Assembly (NCBI GenBank): GCA_016928955.1
Contig: JAFGJV010000016.1
Coordinates: 1-62,224 of the forward strand
Direction: 5' to 3'
Source: Spirochaetales bacterium
GTDB lineage: Bacteria; Spirochaetota; Spirochaetia; Treponematales; UBA12059
DNA length: 62,224 bases
The position numbers and the translations under genes are program-made. Below, piece by piece: positions 38,832-49,928 of the stretch; position 1 is the stretch's first letter, and each line of letters begins with the position of its first letter. The notes beneath the pieces were generated by a model. That model ran no database searches. It worked only from the letters and a program-made list of their open reading frames with translations, and had not been told where the DNA came from.

Positions 38832-39832
38832 TCGGCGTCCTCCGCCTCGTCTTCCGTCCTGGCCGGGGGCAGGGCCCTGCCCACGCCGCCCAACACGGCT
38901 CCCAGGGCCGTGGCCACAAGGCCGGTGGACAAAAAGCCTCCGGTGATCGACGCCATGACAAAGCGCCCGTACTCAGCCAGGGCCGGTATGTCGCTCATGG
39001 CCAGGCCGTTCACGTTCATGGCGTTGAAGAACACGGTAGGCTGGAAAAGCCTGGGCAGCACGCCCAGGATCAGGGCCAGGGAACCGGGCAGGAGCACGCG
39101 GGAGCCGAGGGTGGACAGACGCTTGCGCAGGCTGTCCTCCGACAGGAAGGCGCTGGCCACTATGACCGCGGCCGCGCATATCAGCATCCAGGTTCCTGAC
39201 GCCCCCATGCCCACGCGCATGGCTTCTAGGCGCACGGGGTCCATGTCCGGGGGCATGTTCACGGGTACGCTGTCGGGCAGGGCCTGGGCCTGGGCGCGCA
39301 GGGCAGCCGCCAGGGCTTCCCGGGCCAGCTCGGCCTGGCGGGGTTCGGGAAGGTTTGCCGATCCGGCCGGAAGCGTGCCCGGGGGCAGGGCGGCCGAGGG
39401 CGTGTCGGCCTCGGCCAGGTAGGTGGACGCGGCCAGGGGAGCCTTGGCGTCAAGGGCGGCCTTGATGGGTCCCAGGTCCACGGAGAACGACGCATGACCG
39501 CCTTCCAGGGCTGCAAAAGCCCGGTCTATGGCCGATATGGCCGTCTGCCTGAGAACGTCCGGCGACACGGCGGCCTGGGCCGCCTTGACAGCGGCCTTGG
39601 ACTCCAGGGCCGCGTCGCCCAGAGGCAGCTCCTCGGGGAAGAGCTTGTACAGGTCCGGAGACGACGCGGCGGCGTCAAAGCGGGGATCGGCCACCAGGGC
39701 CTTGATCTGCGCGGGGTCGCCCGCCCAGCGCTGCACGGACAGGATGGACAGGCCGCCGAGCGACAGGGGCAGTCCAACGAAGAAGAAGACCAGGGCGCCG
39801 AGCAGGCGCCGTGCGGAGCGGGCTATGTTCAT
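38828..39832 (-). CDS. Hypothetical membrane protein
   Basis: N-terminal TM, soluble domain, three C-terminal TMs; coupled to neighbours. Confidence 0.7.
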   Translation of the reverse strand: MNIARSARRLLGALVFFFVGLPLSLGGLSILSVQRWAGDPAQIKALVADPRFDAAASSPDLYKLFPEELPLGDAALESKAAVKAAQAAVSPDVLRQTAISAIDRAFAALEGGHASFSVDLGPIKAALDAKAPLAASTYLAEADTPSAALPPGTLPAGSANLPEPRQAELAREALAAALRAQAQALPDSVPVNMPPDMDPVRLEAMRVGMGASGTWMLICAAAVIVASAFLSEDSLRKRLSTLGSRVLLPGSLALILGVLPRLFQPTVFFNAMNVNGLAMSDIPALAEYGRFVMASITGGFLSTGLVATALGAVLGGVGRALPPARTEDEAEDAE

Positions 39833-41397
39833 GGTCTGACCTCCAGCGCGGCCACGTTGGCCCTGGCCTTGGGCGTCCCGAAGGATAGGGCCTTGAAGGG
39901 ATGTATGTCCATGGGGTTCTGGAACCAGCCCAGCACGGCCTCCGTGTCCACCACGTCAAAGGACAGGGTGTGGTACACGGGCAGGACGGCAGCTTCAGCC
40001 AACAAGAGGGCTTCCGCCTTGGCCATGGTCGCCATGCGGGCGGCGCCCTCCTCGGACATGGAGCGGCGCAGCAGGGCGTCGTACTCCGGATTTGAATAGC
40101 GGCTCTCGTTCAGGCTGGAGTCGCTGGTCCACATGAGGAGGAAGGCGGCCGGGTCGGCAAAGTCTCCAATCCAGGACGTGAAGGACAGGCTGAAGCCACT
40201 TTTGCGCAGGTCCCTGATGGGCAGGTCCTCCTCCGGGTGGACTATTTCTGATGCTATGCCGTACTCGGCCCAGGCGTCCGCCATCAGGCGGGCGTTGGCA
40301 ACGTGGCTGTCGGTATCCGGCACCACCATGCGCACGGTCGGCAGCGTTGACGGATCGGCGTAACCGGCTTCCGCAAGGAGTTTTTGCGCCTCGTCTGGCT
40401 GGGCGCTGTCTATGCCGGCGGGAGACTGGTAGCCGGAGAAGGGCAGTATCAGGGTGGACGTGGGCGCGTAGTAGGTGTCCTCCGAGCGTATGCGCTCCCA
40501 GGGCAGGAGGAGGGCCAAGGCGCGGCGCACCCGGGCGTCGTTCCATGGGCCCGTGCCCGAGTCCCACAGGTAATAGCCCGTGCCGAAGCTCGGCGCGTAC
40601 TGTATGTCCGACGTGGCCAGGAGGGCGTCCGTGTCCACCATGTCCATGAGCCAGTGTATCTCGCCGTCGTTGTAGCGCGCCGTTGCCTCGGCCTCCGAGT
40701 CCAGGAAGAGTACGCGCACGCCGGGTATGGCCACGGAGCCCGAGTCCCAATAGCCGTCGTTCTTCCTGAGGACCAGTTCCCGGTCGTCCATGGACTCAAG
40801 GACATAGGGGCCGTTGCCCACCACGGCGTCCGGGTCCCAGACCTTGCGTCCCCTGAGCGACGCGTGCACGGGCACAAAGCTCATGTGGCAGAGGAGCCGG
40901 GTAAAATAGGCCGCCGGGGACGCCAGCTCGACCACCAGGGTCCTGTCGTCCAGGGCGCGCACCGCCACCGAGTCCGGGCGCTTGTTTTTGCCCAGGCGGT
41001 AGTCCCTGGCGCCCTTGACGATGTCCAGGAACACCGCGTAGCTGGCGCCGGTGTCGGGCGACAGGAGCCAGCGCCAGGACTCCACGTAGTCGCGGGCAGT
41101 CACGGGACTGCCGTCCGACCAGCGGGCGTCGGAACGGAGGGTGAAGGTCCAGGTGCGGCCGTCAGCCGACTTTTTCCAGGACTCGGCGCCGGCGCGCACG
41201 GGGTCCATGGTCCGTGGGTCGTAGGCAAAGAGGCCTTCGTACAAGGCGTCCAGGACCTGCATCTCGTGCGAGTAAATGGCCATGTAGGGGTTGAGCTCGA
41301 CGCCGTAGGGACCGAGTCCCACCACCAGCTGGTCGATGTCTTGCGCCGCCGCGGCCCGCGCCGCCAGGGCCAAGGCCAAGATGATTGAGCGTTTCAT
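39829..41397 (-). CDS. Peptide ABC transporter substrate-binding protein (OppA-like)
   Basis: LYEGL, WTFTLRSDARWSDGSPVTARD, GNGPY, WIGDFADP. Confidence 0.9.
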   Translation of the reverse strand: MKRSIILALALAARAAAAQDIDQLVVGLGPYGVELNPYMAIYSHEMQVLDALYEGLFAYDPRTMDPVRAGAESWKKSADGRTWTFTLRSDARWSDGSPVTARDYVESWRWLLSPDTGASYAVFLDIVKGARDYRLGKNKRPDSVAVRALDDRTLVVELASPAAYFTRLLCHMSFVPVHASLRGRKVWDPDAVVGNGPYVLESMDDRELVLRKNDGYWDSGSVAIPGVRVLFLDSEAEATARYNDGEIHWLMDMVDTDALLATSDIQYAPSFGTGYYLWDSGTGPWNDARVRRALALLLPWERIRSEDTYYAPTSTLILPFSGYQSPAGIDSAQPDEAQKLLAEAGYADPSTLPTVRMVVPDTDSHVANARLMADAWAEYGIASEIVHPEEDLPIRDLRKSGFSLSFTSWIGDFADPAAFLLMWTSDSSLNESRYSNPEYDALLRRSMSEEGAARMATMAKAEALLLAEAAVLPVYHTLSFDVVDTEAVLGWFQNPMDIHPFKALSFGTPKARANVAALEVRP

Positions 41398-41485
41398 GGA
41401 TACTCCTCGAAAGGCAGCGCGTCGCGCCGCGGCCTGTGCGGCCGGGACTGTGCGCGTGCCGGTAACGATGCCCGCGCCCGGGGCC

Positions 41486-42898
41486 CTACGCGTCGCGTAT
41501 GCCCAGGCGCTTCATCTGTTCGACTTCTTCCTTCTGGGCTATGTACTCATGGCGTTTCTGGTTGGCCTTGATGAAGGCGTTCTTGATGGAACTCAGTTCC
41601 ACGCCTATGGACCGGACCCTGCCCTTGAATTCCGGGTCGGTGATGGTTCCTTTGAAAAATTCCTCCAGCCCGTAGAAGGTCCGGTAGAAGGCCTGGAGGT
41701 CTTCTATGCCCTTTTCCAGGAATTTGTACGCCTGGTCCTCTGTGGCGCCCTCAAGGCGCTTGCTGGCGGCCGACGAGCGGGACACCATGGCGGACAGGCT
41801 CTGGGCGCGGCGGCCTGCGTTCTCCACCATCTCGGTGAAGTCGACCACGTCGTTCTTGCGCTCTCCCGACACCGGGTCTATGTACTCCACCTCGTGCACC
41901 ACGTGCTCTGACTTGCGCCCGAACATCTGCCTCAGGGCCTTGCGCACCTTGGTCATGAAGCCGCGGTCCTGGGACTCCAGCAGAACCTGGTTGTCCTGGA
42001 GCTTCTGCACAGCGTCACCCAGCTGGAAGCCGGCCCCCACGAGTATGCGCGCGCCTTCCAGGATGATGGCCTTGAAGTTTTTCTCCGCGCCCTGGGACTT
42101 TTTTTCCTCGGCCACGCCCAGGCCCCTGATGATGGCGTCCCGGAGGGCGTCGGATTCTGCGGAGTAGTCCTCAAGGAGGACCTCCTCGGCCAGTTCGGGG
42201 TAGAAGGGCTTGTCGGGAGCGAGCTCGGCAAAGCGCTGGCGGATCTTCCTGACCACATCGTCCTTGTGGGTGACGGCCTGGGTCCGGTCGATTTCCATGC
42301 CGGCCATGGCCCGGCTCCTAAGCTCCAGCTTGTAGCGTTCCTTGTGCACCAGGGTCAGGGTTTTCAGGGCAGCGAATATTTTCTTGGTGGTCTTGTCCAG
42401 CTGCAACAGCGACTCGTTGAGGATGCCGCCTGACAGGGGATCGCTGCCCTTGCGTATCAAGGTGACGAGCTCTGCCAGGTAGCGCGTGTTGATGTGCGGG
42501 GAGTTCTCCGTGAACTGCACAAAGTTGAAATATTTGGTCAGGGCGGCCAGGCGCTTGATCCGGCCCATAGTCAGGAAATCCACGCTGAATTGGTAATAGT
42601 TGTTGAGGAACTCCAGGTAGGAGTCGAACTGGGACAGGCGGACGCACAGCTGGTCCATCTTCTCGCTCTCGGTGAACGGCCCCTCGGGCGGCGTGCCCAC
42701 CTCGGATATTTTGAGTTCGTACTTGTACGGATCCTCGTGGATGAGGCCCTTGCGGAGGAGAACGTTGTACACGGCCTGGTACGCTGTCTGGAAGAGCTTG
42801 AAGTCGTCCTTGAGTTGTTTCAGTTCGACGCGATCCATGTAGTCGATCTTGACGCGGAGGGCCTGGTCGAGCTGTTGGAGGTAGGATGCGCCGTCCAT
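41486..42898 (-). CDS. Hypothetical alpha-helical protein
   Basis: 470-aa ORF with strong host-like codon bias. Confidence 0.8.
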   Translation of the reverse strand: MDGASYLQQLDQALRVKIDYMDRVELKQLKDDFKLFQTAYQAVYNVLLRKGLIHEDPYKYELKISEVGTPPEGPFTESEKMDQLCVRLSQFDSYLEFLNNYYQFSVDFLTMGRIKRLAALTKYFNFVQFTENSPHINTRYLAELVTLIRKGSDPLSGGILNESLLQLDKTTKKIFAALKTLTLVHKERYKLELRSRAMAGMEIDRTQAVTHKDDVVRKIRQRFAELAPDKPFYPELAEEVLLEDYSAESDALRDAIIRGLGVAEEKKSQGAEKNFKAIILEGARILVGAGFQLGDAVQKLQDNQVLLESQDRGFMTKVRKALRQMFGRKSEHVVHEVEYIDPVSGERKNDVVDFTEMVENAGRRAQSLSAMVSRSSAASKRLEGATEDQAYKFLEKGIEDLQAFYRTFYGLEEFFKGTITDPEFKGRVRSIGVELSSIKNAFIKANQKRHEYIAQKEEVEQMKRLGIRDA

Positions 42899-42966
42899 AC
42901 CACCCTAGTATGGACTACTTTGCCGGTGACCGCAAGCGCCGCGCGTCCGCCCGGCGTACACCGGCC

Positions 42967-43719
42967 ATGACCATGGAAGTGCGACGATGTTGTGGGGCGA
43001 CGCTGGGCCTGCTTTGGGTGCTCGCGACCGCGTCCTGCGAGCTGGCCGGCGGCGACATGGGTGTCCTTGTGGACCTGCCCGTCCTGCCTGCCGCCTGGGA
43101 GCAGGCGCAGGGCTGGGAGCTCAGCGTGCGGACGGAAGATAGCGTCAGCGTCTTACGCGCCTGCGCTCTGCCCGCACGGGTGTCCGTCCGCCTGCCCAGG
43201 GATGGGCCGGCAGTGATCACCCTGAGGCCGGTCTTTCCCGGGGGCCTGGGCCTTCCGTACGGCGCGCTGTGGCCGCCTGACGGCGACCTTTCCGGGTGTT
43301 TGTATCCGGATGCCGCGGGCGGGTGGGCGGCGGCGGCCGCCGAACCCCTTTTGGGTTCCGCCGTGTTCGGCGGCTTTGACTGGGGGCGGCTCAGAACCGA
43401 GCTTCCGGCCAGGCTGGACGATCCCTGGGGCCTGGACCCGGCCACGGTGTCTGAGGCCATAGCGGCCGGTGGCATGCGCGTGAGCATCCTCAGCCAGCCA
43501 GCGCCCGATGCCGTGCTTGTAATGGGCCTGCCCCCCGACTGCTCTGATGCCGTGTTCTGGCCGGACAGTCCCTGGCTTGAACCGGTGCGCTCCGGGGCAG
43601 ACGGCAGCCTGCGGCTCTGGCTTTACGGTCCCTTCCGGCGCTGGTTCTGCGGCCAGCGGGTGCTCTGCGTGGGTCGCTCGCCATCCGGGGAGCTTGGCTG
43701 GACCCTGTCTCAGCCTTGA
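42967..43719 (+). CDS. Hypothetical lipoprotein
   Basis: LATASC lipobox-like signal; fills the gap between flanking genes. Confidence 0.55.
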   Translation: MTMEVRRCCGATLGLLWVLATASCELAGGDMGVLVDLPVLPAAWEQAQGWELSVRTEDSVSVLRACALPARVSVRLPRDGPAVITLRPVFPGGLGLPYGALWPPDGDLSGCLYPDAAGGWAAAAAEPLLGSAVFGGFDWGRLRTELPARLDDPWGLDPATVSEAIAAGGMRVSILSQPAPDAVLVMGLPPDCSDAVFWPDSPWLEPVRSGADGSLRLWLYGPFRRWFCGQRVLCVGRSPSGELGWTLSQP

Positions 43720-45503
43720 GGGGTGGCGGCCCCGGGCGCCAGGGGCAGGCGCAGGGTGAACACGCTCCCTCCGCCCGGCCTTGCCGCCGCTTCCACGCTT
43801 CCGCCAGACGCCAGGGCTATGTGCCGTACTATGGCCAGTCCCAGGCCCGTGCCGCCCTGTTCCCGGGAGCGCGCCTTGTCCACGCGGTAAAAGCGCTCGA
43901 ATATCCGGGGCAGGTCCGCCGCCGGTATACCCGGCCCCTGGTCCTTCACGCTGAGGCGGGCGTAGCCGGGATCGGTGTCCGGGGCCAGGTCAAGCTCCAC
44001 CGTGCCCCCCTCGGGCCCATATTTGATGGCGTTGTCCAAAAGATTGATGATGGCCTGCTCCACAAGGCCCGCTGGCGCCGCCACCTCCGGCTCCCACTCC
44101 GCCCGCATGCGTATGGTCGCCCGGCGTGCCTGCCTGGCCAGATCAACGGATTCCACGGCGTGGCGTGCCGCCGCCGCAAGGTCACCGCGCAGGTCCGCCG
44201 CCTGGCGCTGGTCGTCGTTCTCCAGCCTGGCCAGGGTAAGGAGGTCGTCTATGATGGAGCCCATGCGGTCCGCGTGGCGCCCTATGATGGAAGTGAAACG
44301 CTCGCGCTGGCCGGGATCAAGGTCCCTGTCGGCCAAGGCCTCGGAAAAGCCCTTGATGAGCGTGATGGGCGTCCTGAGCTCGTGCGACACGTTGGCGACA
44401 AAGTCGGCGCGCACCCGTTCCAGGCGGCGGTACTCGCTGAGGTCGGTCAGGGCTATCACTGCGCCGCCCGCGCGGCCAGACAGCGAGGACAGCGGGGCCG
44501 CGCGCGCCAGCAGGATGGCCGTACGCTCGCCGTACACGGTGATTTCCGCGGACAAGGCCTTTCCCGATGCGGCGCAGTCCCCGGCCAGGCGCTCAACGTC
44601 GCGCTTGCCCGTGGCCTCAAGGATGTGGCGGCCGATGGGAGTCACGCCAGGGCCGCCCGCCACCGTGGCGAACATGTCCCTGGCCCGCGGGTTCATGAGT
44701 ACCACGTTAAGGCTCCCGTCCACGGCGATGACGCCCTCGTCTAGGGAGCCAAGGATGGCGTCCAGCTGGGTCTTCCTGGCCTCCACGTCGGCCATGCGGG
44801 ACGCCAGCTGGCCGGCCATGTCGTTCATGGTAGCCGCCAGGGCTCCAAAGTCTGGATCCTGGACGCCCCGCGCCCGCTCCGTTAGCTGTCCGGCGGACCA
44901 TGCCTCGGCGGCGCGCATCAGGGCCAAAGCCGGGCGCGAGAAGGACGCACCGAGCCTGGCCGCGCTGATGGCGGCGCCCGCGGCCAGTATGGTAGCCAGA
45001 ACGGCTGACGCCACCAGGAAGGGCCGCTGTCGGGAGCTCAGTTCGGGGGAGGCCAGGGCCAGCCGCAAGGCGGAGCCCACCCGACCGTTTTCGGTCACCG
45101 GCGCCGCGGCGTAGGCCATGTCGAGGCCCAGGGTGTCGGATCGTCTGGACAGGGACAGGGGCGTGCCAGCCAGGGCCGAGGCCAGCTCCGGCCGGGCCGC
45201 GTGGTTTTCCATGCCCGCTGGGTCGGAGTGCGAGTCGCCCAGGACCGTGCCGTCAGGTGCCACCAGCGTCACGCGGATGGACGAGCCGCGGGAAACCAGG
45301 TCGCAGAATTCCTGGGCTCCGCTTTGGCTCCTGGGGGCCAGGTCGGCCAGGGCGCGCGCCGACTGCTCCAGCGTGAAAAGGCCCACGTCCGCGTTGAGCC
45401 TGCGCATGACGGCCATGCCGGCCGCGGCCATCAAAACGACCGACAGTATGGACAACCCGGCCATGGCCATAAAAAGCCGGGCCGACAGCTTGAGGCGCCT
45501 CAT
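43710..45503 (-). CDS. phoR: Phosphate regulon sensor kinase PhoR
   Basis: DFVANVSHELRTP, NLLDNAIKY, FERFYRVDKARSREQGGTGLGL. Confidence 0.92.
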   Translation of the reverse strand: MRRLKLSARLFMAMAGLSILSVVLMAAAGMAVMRRLNADVGLFTLEQSARALADLAPRSQSGAQEFCDLVSRGSSIRVTLVAPDGTVLGDSHSDPAGMENHAARPELASALAGTPLSLSRRSDTLGLDMAYAAAPVTENGRVGSALRLALASPELSSRQRPFLVASAVLATILAAGAAISAARLGASFSRPALALMRAAEAWSAGQLTERARGVQDPDFGALAATMNDMAGQLASRMADVEARKTQLDAILGSLDEGVIAVDGSLNVVLMNPRARDMFATVAGGPGVTPIGRHILEATGKRDVERLAGDCAASGKALSAEITVYGERTAILLARAAPLSSLSGRAGGAVIALTDLSEYRRLERVRADFVANVSHELRTPITLIKGFSEALADRDLDPGQRERFTSIIGRHADRMGSIIDDLLTLARLENDDQRQAADLRGDLAAAARHAVESVDLARQARRATIRMRAEWEPEVAAPAGLVEQAIINLLDNAIKYGPEGGTVELDLAPDTDPGYARLSVKDQGPGIPAADLPRIFERFYRVDKARSREQGGTGLGLAIVRHIALASGGSVEAAARPGGGSVFTLRLPLAPGAATPQG

Positions 45504-46198
45504 GCCCGCTGGTCCTTGAAGCGGTAGCCGACGCCGCGCACCGTCTCTATCCTGGCGCCCTGCTCGCCCAGCTTGCGCCTGAGCGCCACGATCTGCACGT
45601 CCACCGAACGGTCGGTCACGGGGTAGTCCGGCCCTTTGACCGCGTCGATGATGGATGCGCGGGCGTACACGCGCCCGGGGTTGGACAGGAACAGGCTCAG
45701 GATGGAGAACTCGGTGGCCGACAGGTCCGCCCGGCGGCCGTCAACCAGGGCCTCGTGCCGCGCGGTGTCCACTTCTATGCCGTCAGAGCGGAGCACGGTC
45801 CGCGCGTCCGGGGCTGACTGGGCCGCGCGGCGCCTGAGCGCCGTCCGGATGCGCGCCACAAGCACCCGGGGGCTGAAGGGCTTGATTACGTAGTCCTCCG
45901 CGCCAAGCTCCAGGCCGGCCACCACGTCCGCGTCCTCTCCCCTTGCGCTGGCCAGGATGACCGGCACCTGCGCCAGGCGGGCGTCGGCCTTGAGTGAGCG
46001 CAGGGTCTCCAGCCCGTCCATGCCCGGCAGCATGATGTCCAGAAGGACCAGGTCGGGCGCGGCCGCCCGGGCAAGCTCAAGGCCCAGCTCGCCGGACGGG
46101 GCCGCCCTGGGCTCCCAGCCTTCCCTTGCCACGCTGAATTCCAAGAGCTCCCGTATGTCCGGGTCGTCCTCGATGATCAGGATGCTCGCCTTGCCCAT
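45500..46198 (-). CDS. phoB: Phosphate regulon response regulator (PhoB/PhoP)
   Basis: OmpR-type: LLDIMLPGMDG, KPFS, DRSVDVQI, ETVRGVGYRF; within the pst operon. Confidence 0.9.
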   Translation of the reverse strand: MGKASILIIEDDPDIRELLEFSVAREGWEPRAAPSGELGLELARAAAPDLVLLDIMLPGMDGLETLRSLKADARLAQVPVILASARGEDADVVAGLELGAEDYVIKPFSPRVLVARIRTALRRRAAQSAPDARTVLRSDGIEVDTARHEALVDGRRADLSATEFSILSLFLSNPGRVYARASIIDAVKGPDYPVTDRSVDVQIVALRRKLGEQGARIETVRGVGYRFKDQRA

Positions 46199-46210
46199 GT
46201 CCGCGCGTCC

Positions 46211-46870
46211 TTAGTCGTTCAGGTCAACGTGCTCGCCGGTGGCCACATACACCGCGGCCTCGCACAGGTTGGTCACGTGGTCGCCCAGGCGTTCGAGCAC
46301 CCCGGCCGTGGCCACAAGCCGCGTGGCCTGCTCAGCCCTATCCGGATGCTCCTGGATATAGAGCAGGACTTCCTTTATGAAAGCCTTGCGTTCCTTGTCT
46401 ATGGCGTCGTCTCGGGCGGCCACGGCCCGGGCCTTGTCCTGGTCGCCCGCCAGGAAGGCGGCCATGGCGTCGTGGAGCATGGCCGAGCCCTCGGCGGCCA
46501 TGGCCTCTATGCGCTCCAGGGAGCGCGGGTAGGGATCCTCGGCCAGGCGCTTGGCGGCCTTGGCCAGGTGGGCAGCGTAGTCGCCTATGCGCTCAAGCTC
46601 GTCGGCCGCCTTGAGTATGGCCACCAATTCGCGCAGTTCCCTGGCCACGGGCTGCTGGGTGGCTATCAGCATGGCCACGCGGTCGCCAAGCTCCGTCTGC
46701 ATGGCGTTGACGGCCTTGTCGTCGCGCTTGACCTCCTTGGCCAGCTCCACGTTGGACGAGCGCAGGGCTTCCAGGGCCTTGCGAATGTTGTCCTCCACCA
46801 GGGCGCCCATGGTCAGGAGGTCGTGGCGCAGGCGGGCCAGCTCGTCGTCATAAACGGTTCTCTGTATCAT
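46211..46870 (-). CDS. phoU: Phosphate signalling protein PhoU
   Basis: QQPVARELR, LERIGDY, LERLGDH. Confidence 0.95.
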   Translation of the reverse strand: MIQRTVYDDELARLRHDLLTMGALVEDNIRKALEALRSSNVELAKEVKRDDKAVNAMQTELGDRVAMLIATQQPVARELRELVAILKAADELERIGDYAAHLAKAAKRLAEDPYPRSLERIEAMAAEGSAMLHDAMAAFLAGDQDKARAVAARDDAIDKERKAFIKEVLLYIQEHPDRAEQATRLVATAGVLERLGDHVTNLCEAAVYVATGEHVDLND

Positions 46871-46885
46871 AGCGGCTCCTTGCGC

Positions 46886-47722
46886 TCAACCAAAGCGGCC
46901 CGAGATGTAGTTTTCCGTGCGCTCGTCGCGCGGATTGAGGAACAGCTCGCGGGTGTCGCCTTCCTCAACCAGGTCTCCCAGCAGCATGAAGGCCGTCCTG
47001 TCGGATACCCGGCCGGCCTGCTGCATGTTGTGCGTCACGATAACGATAGTATAGCGGGTTTTGAGCTCGGCCAGGAGGCTTTCTATCTTGGCCGTGGACA
47101 CGGGGTCCAGGGCGCTGGTCGGCTCGTCCATCAGGAGCACCTCGGGCTTGAGAGCCACGGCCCGCGCTATGCACAACCGTTGCTGCTGGCCGCCTGACAG
47201 GGCGTAGGCGCTGTCCTTGAGCTTGTCCTTGACTTCGTCCCAGAGCGCCGACTGCCTGAGGCTGTTCTCAACCAGTTCGTCCATGTCGCCCTTGTAGCCG
47301 TTGATGCGTGCTCCCCAGGCCACGTTCTCGTATACGCTCTTGGGGAAGGGATTGGGCTTCTGGAACACCATGCCTATCCAGCGGCGGACGCGGGCTGGGT
47401 CCACGCCGGGTGAGTATATGTCCTGGCCGTGGAAGAGCACCTTGCCGTCTGCGCGCGCGCCTGGAATAAGCTCGTTCATGCGATTAAAGGCGCGGAGGGC
47501 CGTGCTCTTGCCGCAGCCTGATGGGCCGATCATGGCCATGACGCGGTTGCGCGGCACCCTGAGGTCCAGGTTCTTGACCGCGTGGAAGTCCCCGTACTGA
47601 ATGTTGAGCTTCTGGGCCTCTATGGCCCAGGGCGACGCCTGCGTGTCGGTCGCCGTTTCTTCCGCCTGGCCGGGAGCGGCCGCGGTGTCGGGCGGCAGGG
47701 GCCGCCGTTCGGTGAGGGTCAT
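46886..47722 (-). CDS. pstB: Phosphate ABC transporter ATPase
   Basis: [41 protein letters not shown]. Confidence 0.97.
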   Translation of the reverse strand: MTLTERRPLPPDTAAAPGQAEETATDTQASPWAIEAQKLNIQYGDFHAVKNLDLRVPRNRVMAMIGPSGCGKSTALRAFNRMNELIPGARADGKVLFHGQDIYSPGVDPARVRRWIGMVFQKPNPFPKSVYENVAWGARINGYKGDMDELVENSLRQSALWDEVKDKLKDSAYALSGGQQQRLCIARAVALKPEVLLMDEPTSALDPVSTAKIESLLAELKTRYTIVIVTHNMQQAGRVSDRTAFMLLGDLVEEGDTRELFLNPRDERTENYISGRFG

Positions 47723-48975
47723 GATGGGTTCCCCTTCGCGCGCGCCTTCTGGCGCGCGACTATGGCAAAGGCGTTGAGGATCAGCATCAGCCCGAGGAGG
47801 GTGATGATGGCCGCGGCCGCCAAATGGCGGAACTCCGGCTGGGGCCTGCTGGTCCACTGGTATATCTGTATGGGCAGGGTGGTGAAGGGCGAGAAGATGC
47901 CCGTGGGATCCTGGGTAAGGAAGGTGGACGCGCCGACCACCACCAGGGGAGCCGTCTCTCCTATGGCCCTGGACAGGGCCAGCACGGCGCCGGTCATGAC
48001 GCGCCCGGCCGACGCGGGCAGCACGTGGTGCCAGACGGTCTGCCAGCGCGTTGCCCCGAGCGCCAGGCTGGACGCCCTGAGCGTGGACGGTATGGCCTTG
48101 AGGGCCTCCTGGGTGCTGATCACGATCACCGGCAGGACGAGCAGGGCCAGGGTCAGGCCTGCGGCCAGGACCGTGCGGCCGTTGGCCTCCATGCCCTCCG
48201 CCGCCAGGCCGAACACGGCGCCCGAGCTCAAGGGCGCGAGGAGCCGCACGAATACCGCCAGGCCGAGCATGCCGTACACGATGGACGGCACGCCGGCCAG
48301 GTTGTATATGCTGGCCTGTATCAGCCTGTTGAGCCAGTTGTCGCGGGCGTATTCCTCAAGCCACACGGCGGCCGCCACTCCCAGGGGCAGGGCCGTGGCC
48401 ATGGCCACCAGGATGGTCAGGAAGGTTCCCTTGATGGCCGTAAGGACGCCCGTGCTCAGGGGCTTGGCGTTCAGGGACGAGCCCAGGAACGACGGGCTGA
48501 GCCAGGAGCGGAAGCTCAGGTAGCCGTCCGGGAATTCGGCTTTGCTTTCTTCCACGATGCGGCGCTTGTCAAAAAGCGACTCGGCCAGCGAGTACGCGGC
48601 CGCTATCTCCGGCTTGAGTATCTCAGCCTCGATGAGGGATAGGAGCTCGTCGTGGCCGCGACCGGCCAGGGGAGCCTCGCGCTCCAGGGCGCGCAGGCGG
48701 CGCGCGGGCGCTTGTGCCTGCAGGAGTTCCAGTAGCTCGCCATCCGTAAGCTCGGCCAGCTCCCGGCCGTCCGTGAGCTCGGCCGGGTTGACCGCGTAGC
48801 GTATGACCACGTAGCCAAAGGCGTCGTCCACGATGCTGAGGACGAGCACGGCCAGGCTCACCACGGCCAGCGACGCGGCGGCCAGGAACGCGGCCTTCCA
48901 GCGGCCGGCCTTGGCCTTGCGCTCGTCCAGCCTGTCGTCGAATCCCGCGCGGGAAGGATCGGGTCGCCCGCTCAT
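47719..48975 (-). CDS. pstA: Phosphate ABC transporter permease
   Basis: [30 protein letters not shown]. Confidence 0.95.
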   Translation of the reverse strand: MSGRPDPSRAGFDDRLDERKAKAGRWKAAFLAAASLAVVSLAVLVLSIVDDAFGYVVIRYAVNPAELTDGRELAELTDGELLELLQAQAPARRLRALEREAPLAGRGHDELLSLIEAEILKPEIAAAYSLAESLFDKRRIVEESKAEFPDGYLSFRSWLSPSFLGSSLNAKPLSTGVLTAIKGTFLTILVAMATALPLGVAAAVWLEEYARDNWLNRLIQASIYNLAGVPSIVYGMLGLAVFVRLLAPLSSGAVFGLAAEGMEANGRTVLAAGLTLALLVLPVIVISTQEALKAIPSTLRASSLALGATRWQTVWHHVLPASAGRVMTGAVLALSRAIGETAPLVVVGASTFLTQDPTGIFSPFTTLPIQIYQWTSRPQPEFRHLAAAAIITLLGLMLILNAFAIVARQKARAKGNPS

Positions 48976-49928
48976 TCGTACACCTCCTGGCGGAGCCGCA
49001 CGATGCGCCTGGACACCAGATTGAGGACCAGGGTCATCATAAAGAGCAGGAGCGCGATGGCAAAGAGGCTCTTGTAGTCCACCGAGTCATAGGACAGGTC
49101 CCCGCCGGATATGCGCGCTATGTGGCCGGTCATGGTTTCAGCCGCCACGAAGGGGTTCAGGGTCAGCTTGGGACCGGCTCCCGCGGCCAGGGCCACGATC
49201 ATCGTCTCGCCCACGGCGCGCGACAGGGCAAGGATGAAGGCGGCGGCCACCCCGGAGAACGCGGCCGGTAAAACCACGCGGACGCTGGTTTCCAGCTTGG
49301 TGGCTCCCATGGCGTAGGCCGCTTCCCTGAGGCTCCTAGGGACGGCTGACAGGGCGTCTTCGCACAGCGACGCCACCAGGGGCAGTATCAGGGCGCCCAT
49401 GGCCAGGCCTGCGGACAGGGTGTTGTACACCTCCACGCGCTCGCCGCCGAACACGGCTCGCAGGGCCGGGGTCACCACGGTCAGGGCAAAGTAGCCGTAC
49501 ACCACCGTGGGCACGCCGGCCAGCACCTCGAGCGCCGGCTTGAGTATGCCGCGGGCCTTGTCGCTCGCGTACTCTGCCAGGTAGATGGCCGCGGCCAGGC
49601 CCAGGGGCAGAGCCACGGCCATGGCCCACAGGCTGGTGCCCAGGGTGGCAGACAGCAGAGGCAGGATGCCGAATTGGCCCACCGACGGCTGCCACACCGT
49701 GCCGGACAGGAATTCCCACAGGCTCACGTCCTTGAAGAAGGTGAGCGACTCGGTGCCGAGCGTGATCATGATGCCGGCGGCCGTGAGTATGGACACAGCG
49801 CCGGCCCCCAGGAGGCCGGCCTGGATCAGTGCCTCAAGCGGCCGAGGGCGCCGCGCCAGGCGCGGCGCCCAGTCAGAGGCGCCCGGGCGGCCCCGGAGGG
49901 CCGCCTTAGAAAGGCTCTGAGTCATCAA
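48972..49928 (-). CDS. pstC: Phosphate ABC transporter permease
   Basis: LAGVPTVVYG, SRAVGETMIV. Confidence 0.95.
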   Translation of the reverse strand: MMTQSLSKAALRGRPGASDWAPRLARRPRPLEALIQAGLLGAGAVSILTAAGIMITLGTESLTFFKDVSLWEFLSGTVWQPSVGQFGILPLLSATLGTSLWAMAVALPLGLAAAIYLAEYASDKARGILKPALEVLAGVPTVVYGYFALTVVTPALRAVFGGERVEVYNTLSAGLAMGALILPLVASLCEDALSAVPRSLREAAYAMGATKLETSVRVVLPAAFSGVAAAFILALSRAVGETMIVALAAGAGPKLTLNPFVAAETMTGHIARISGGDLSYDSVDYKSLFAIALLLFMMTLVLNLVSRRIVRLRQEVYE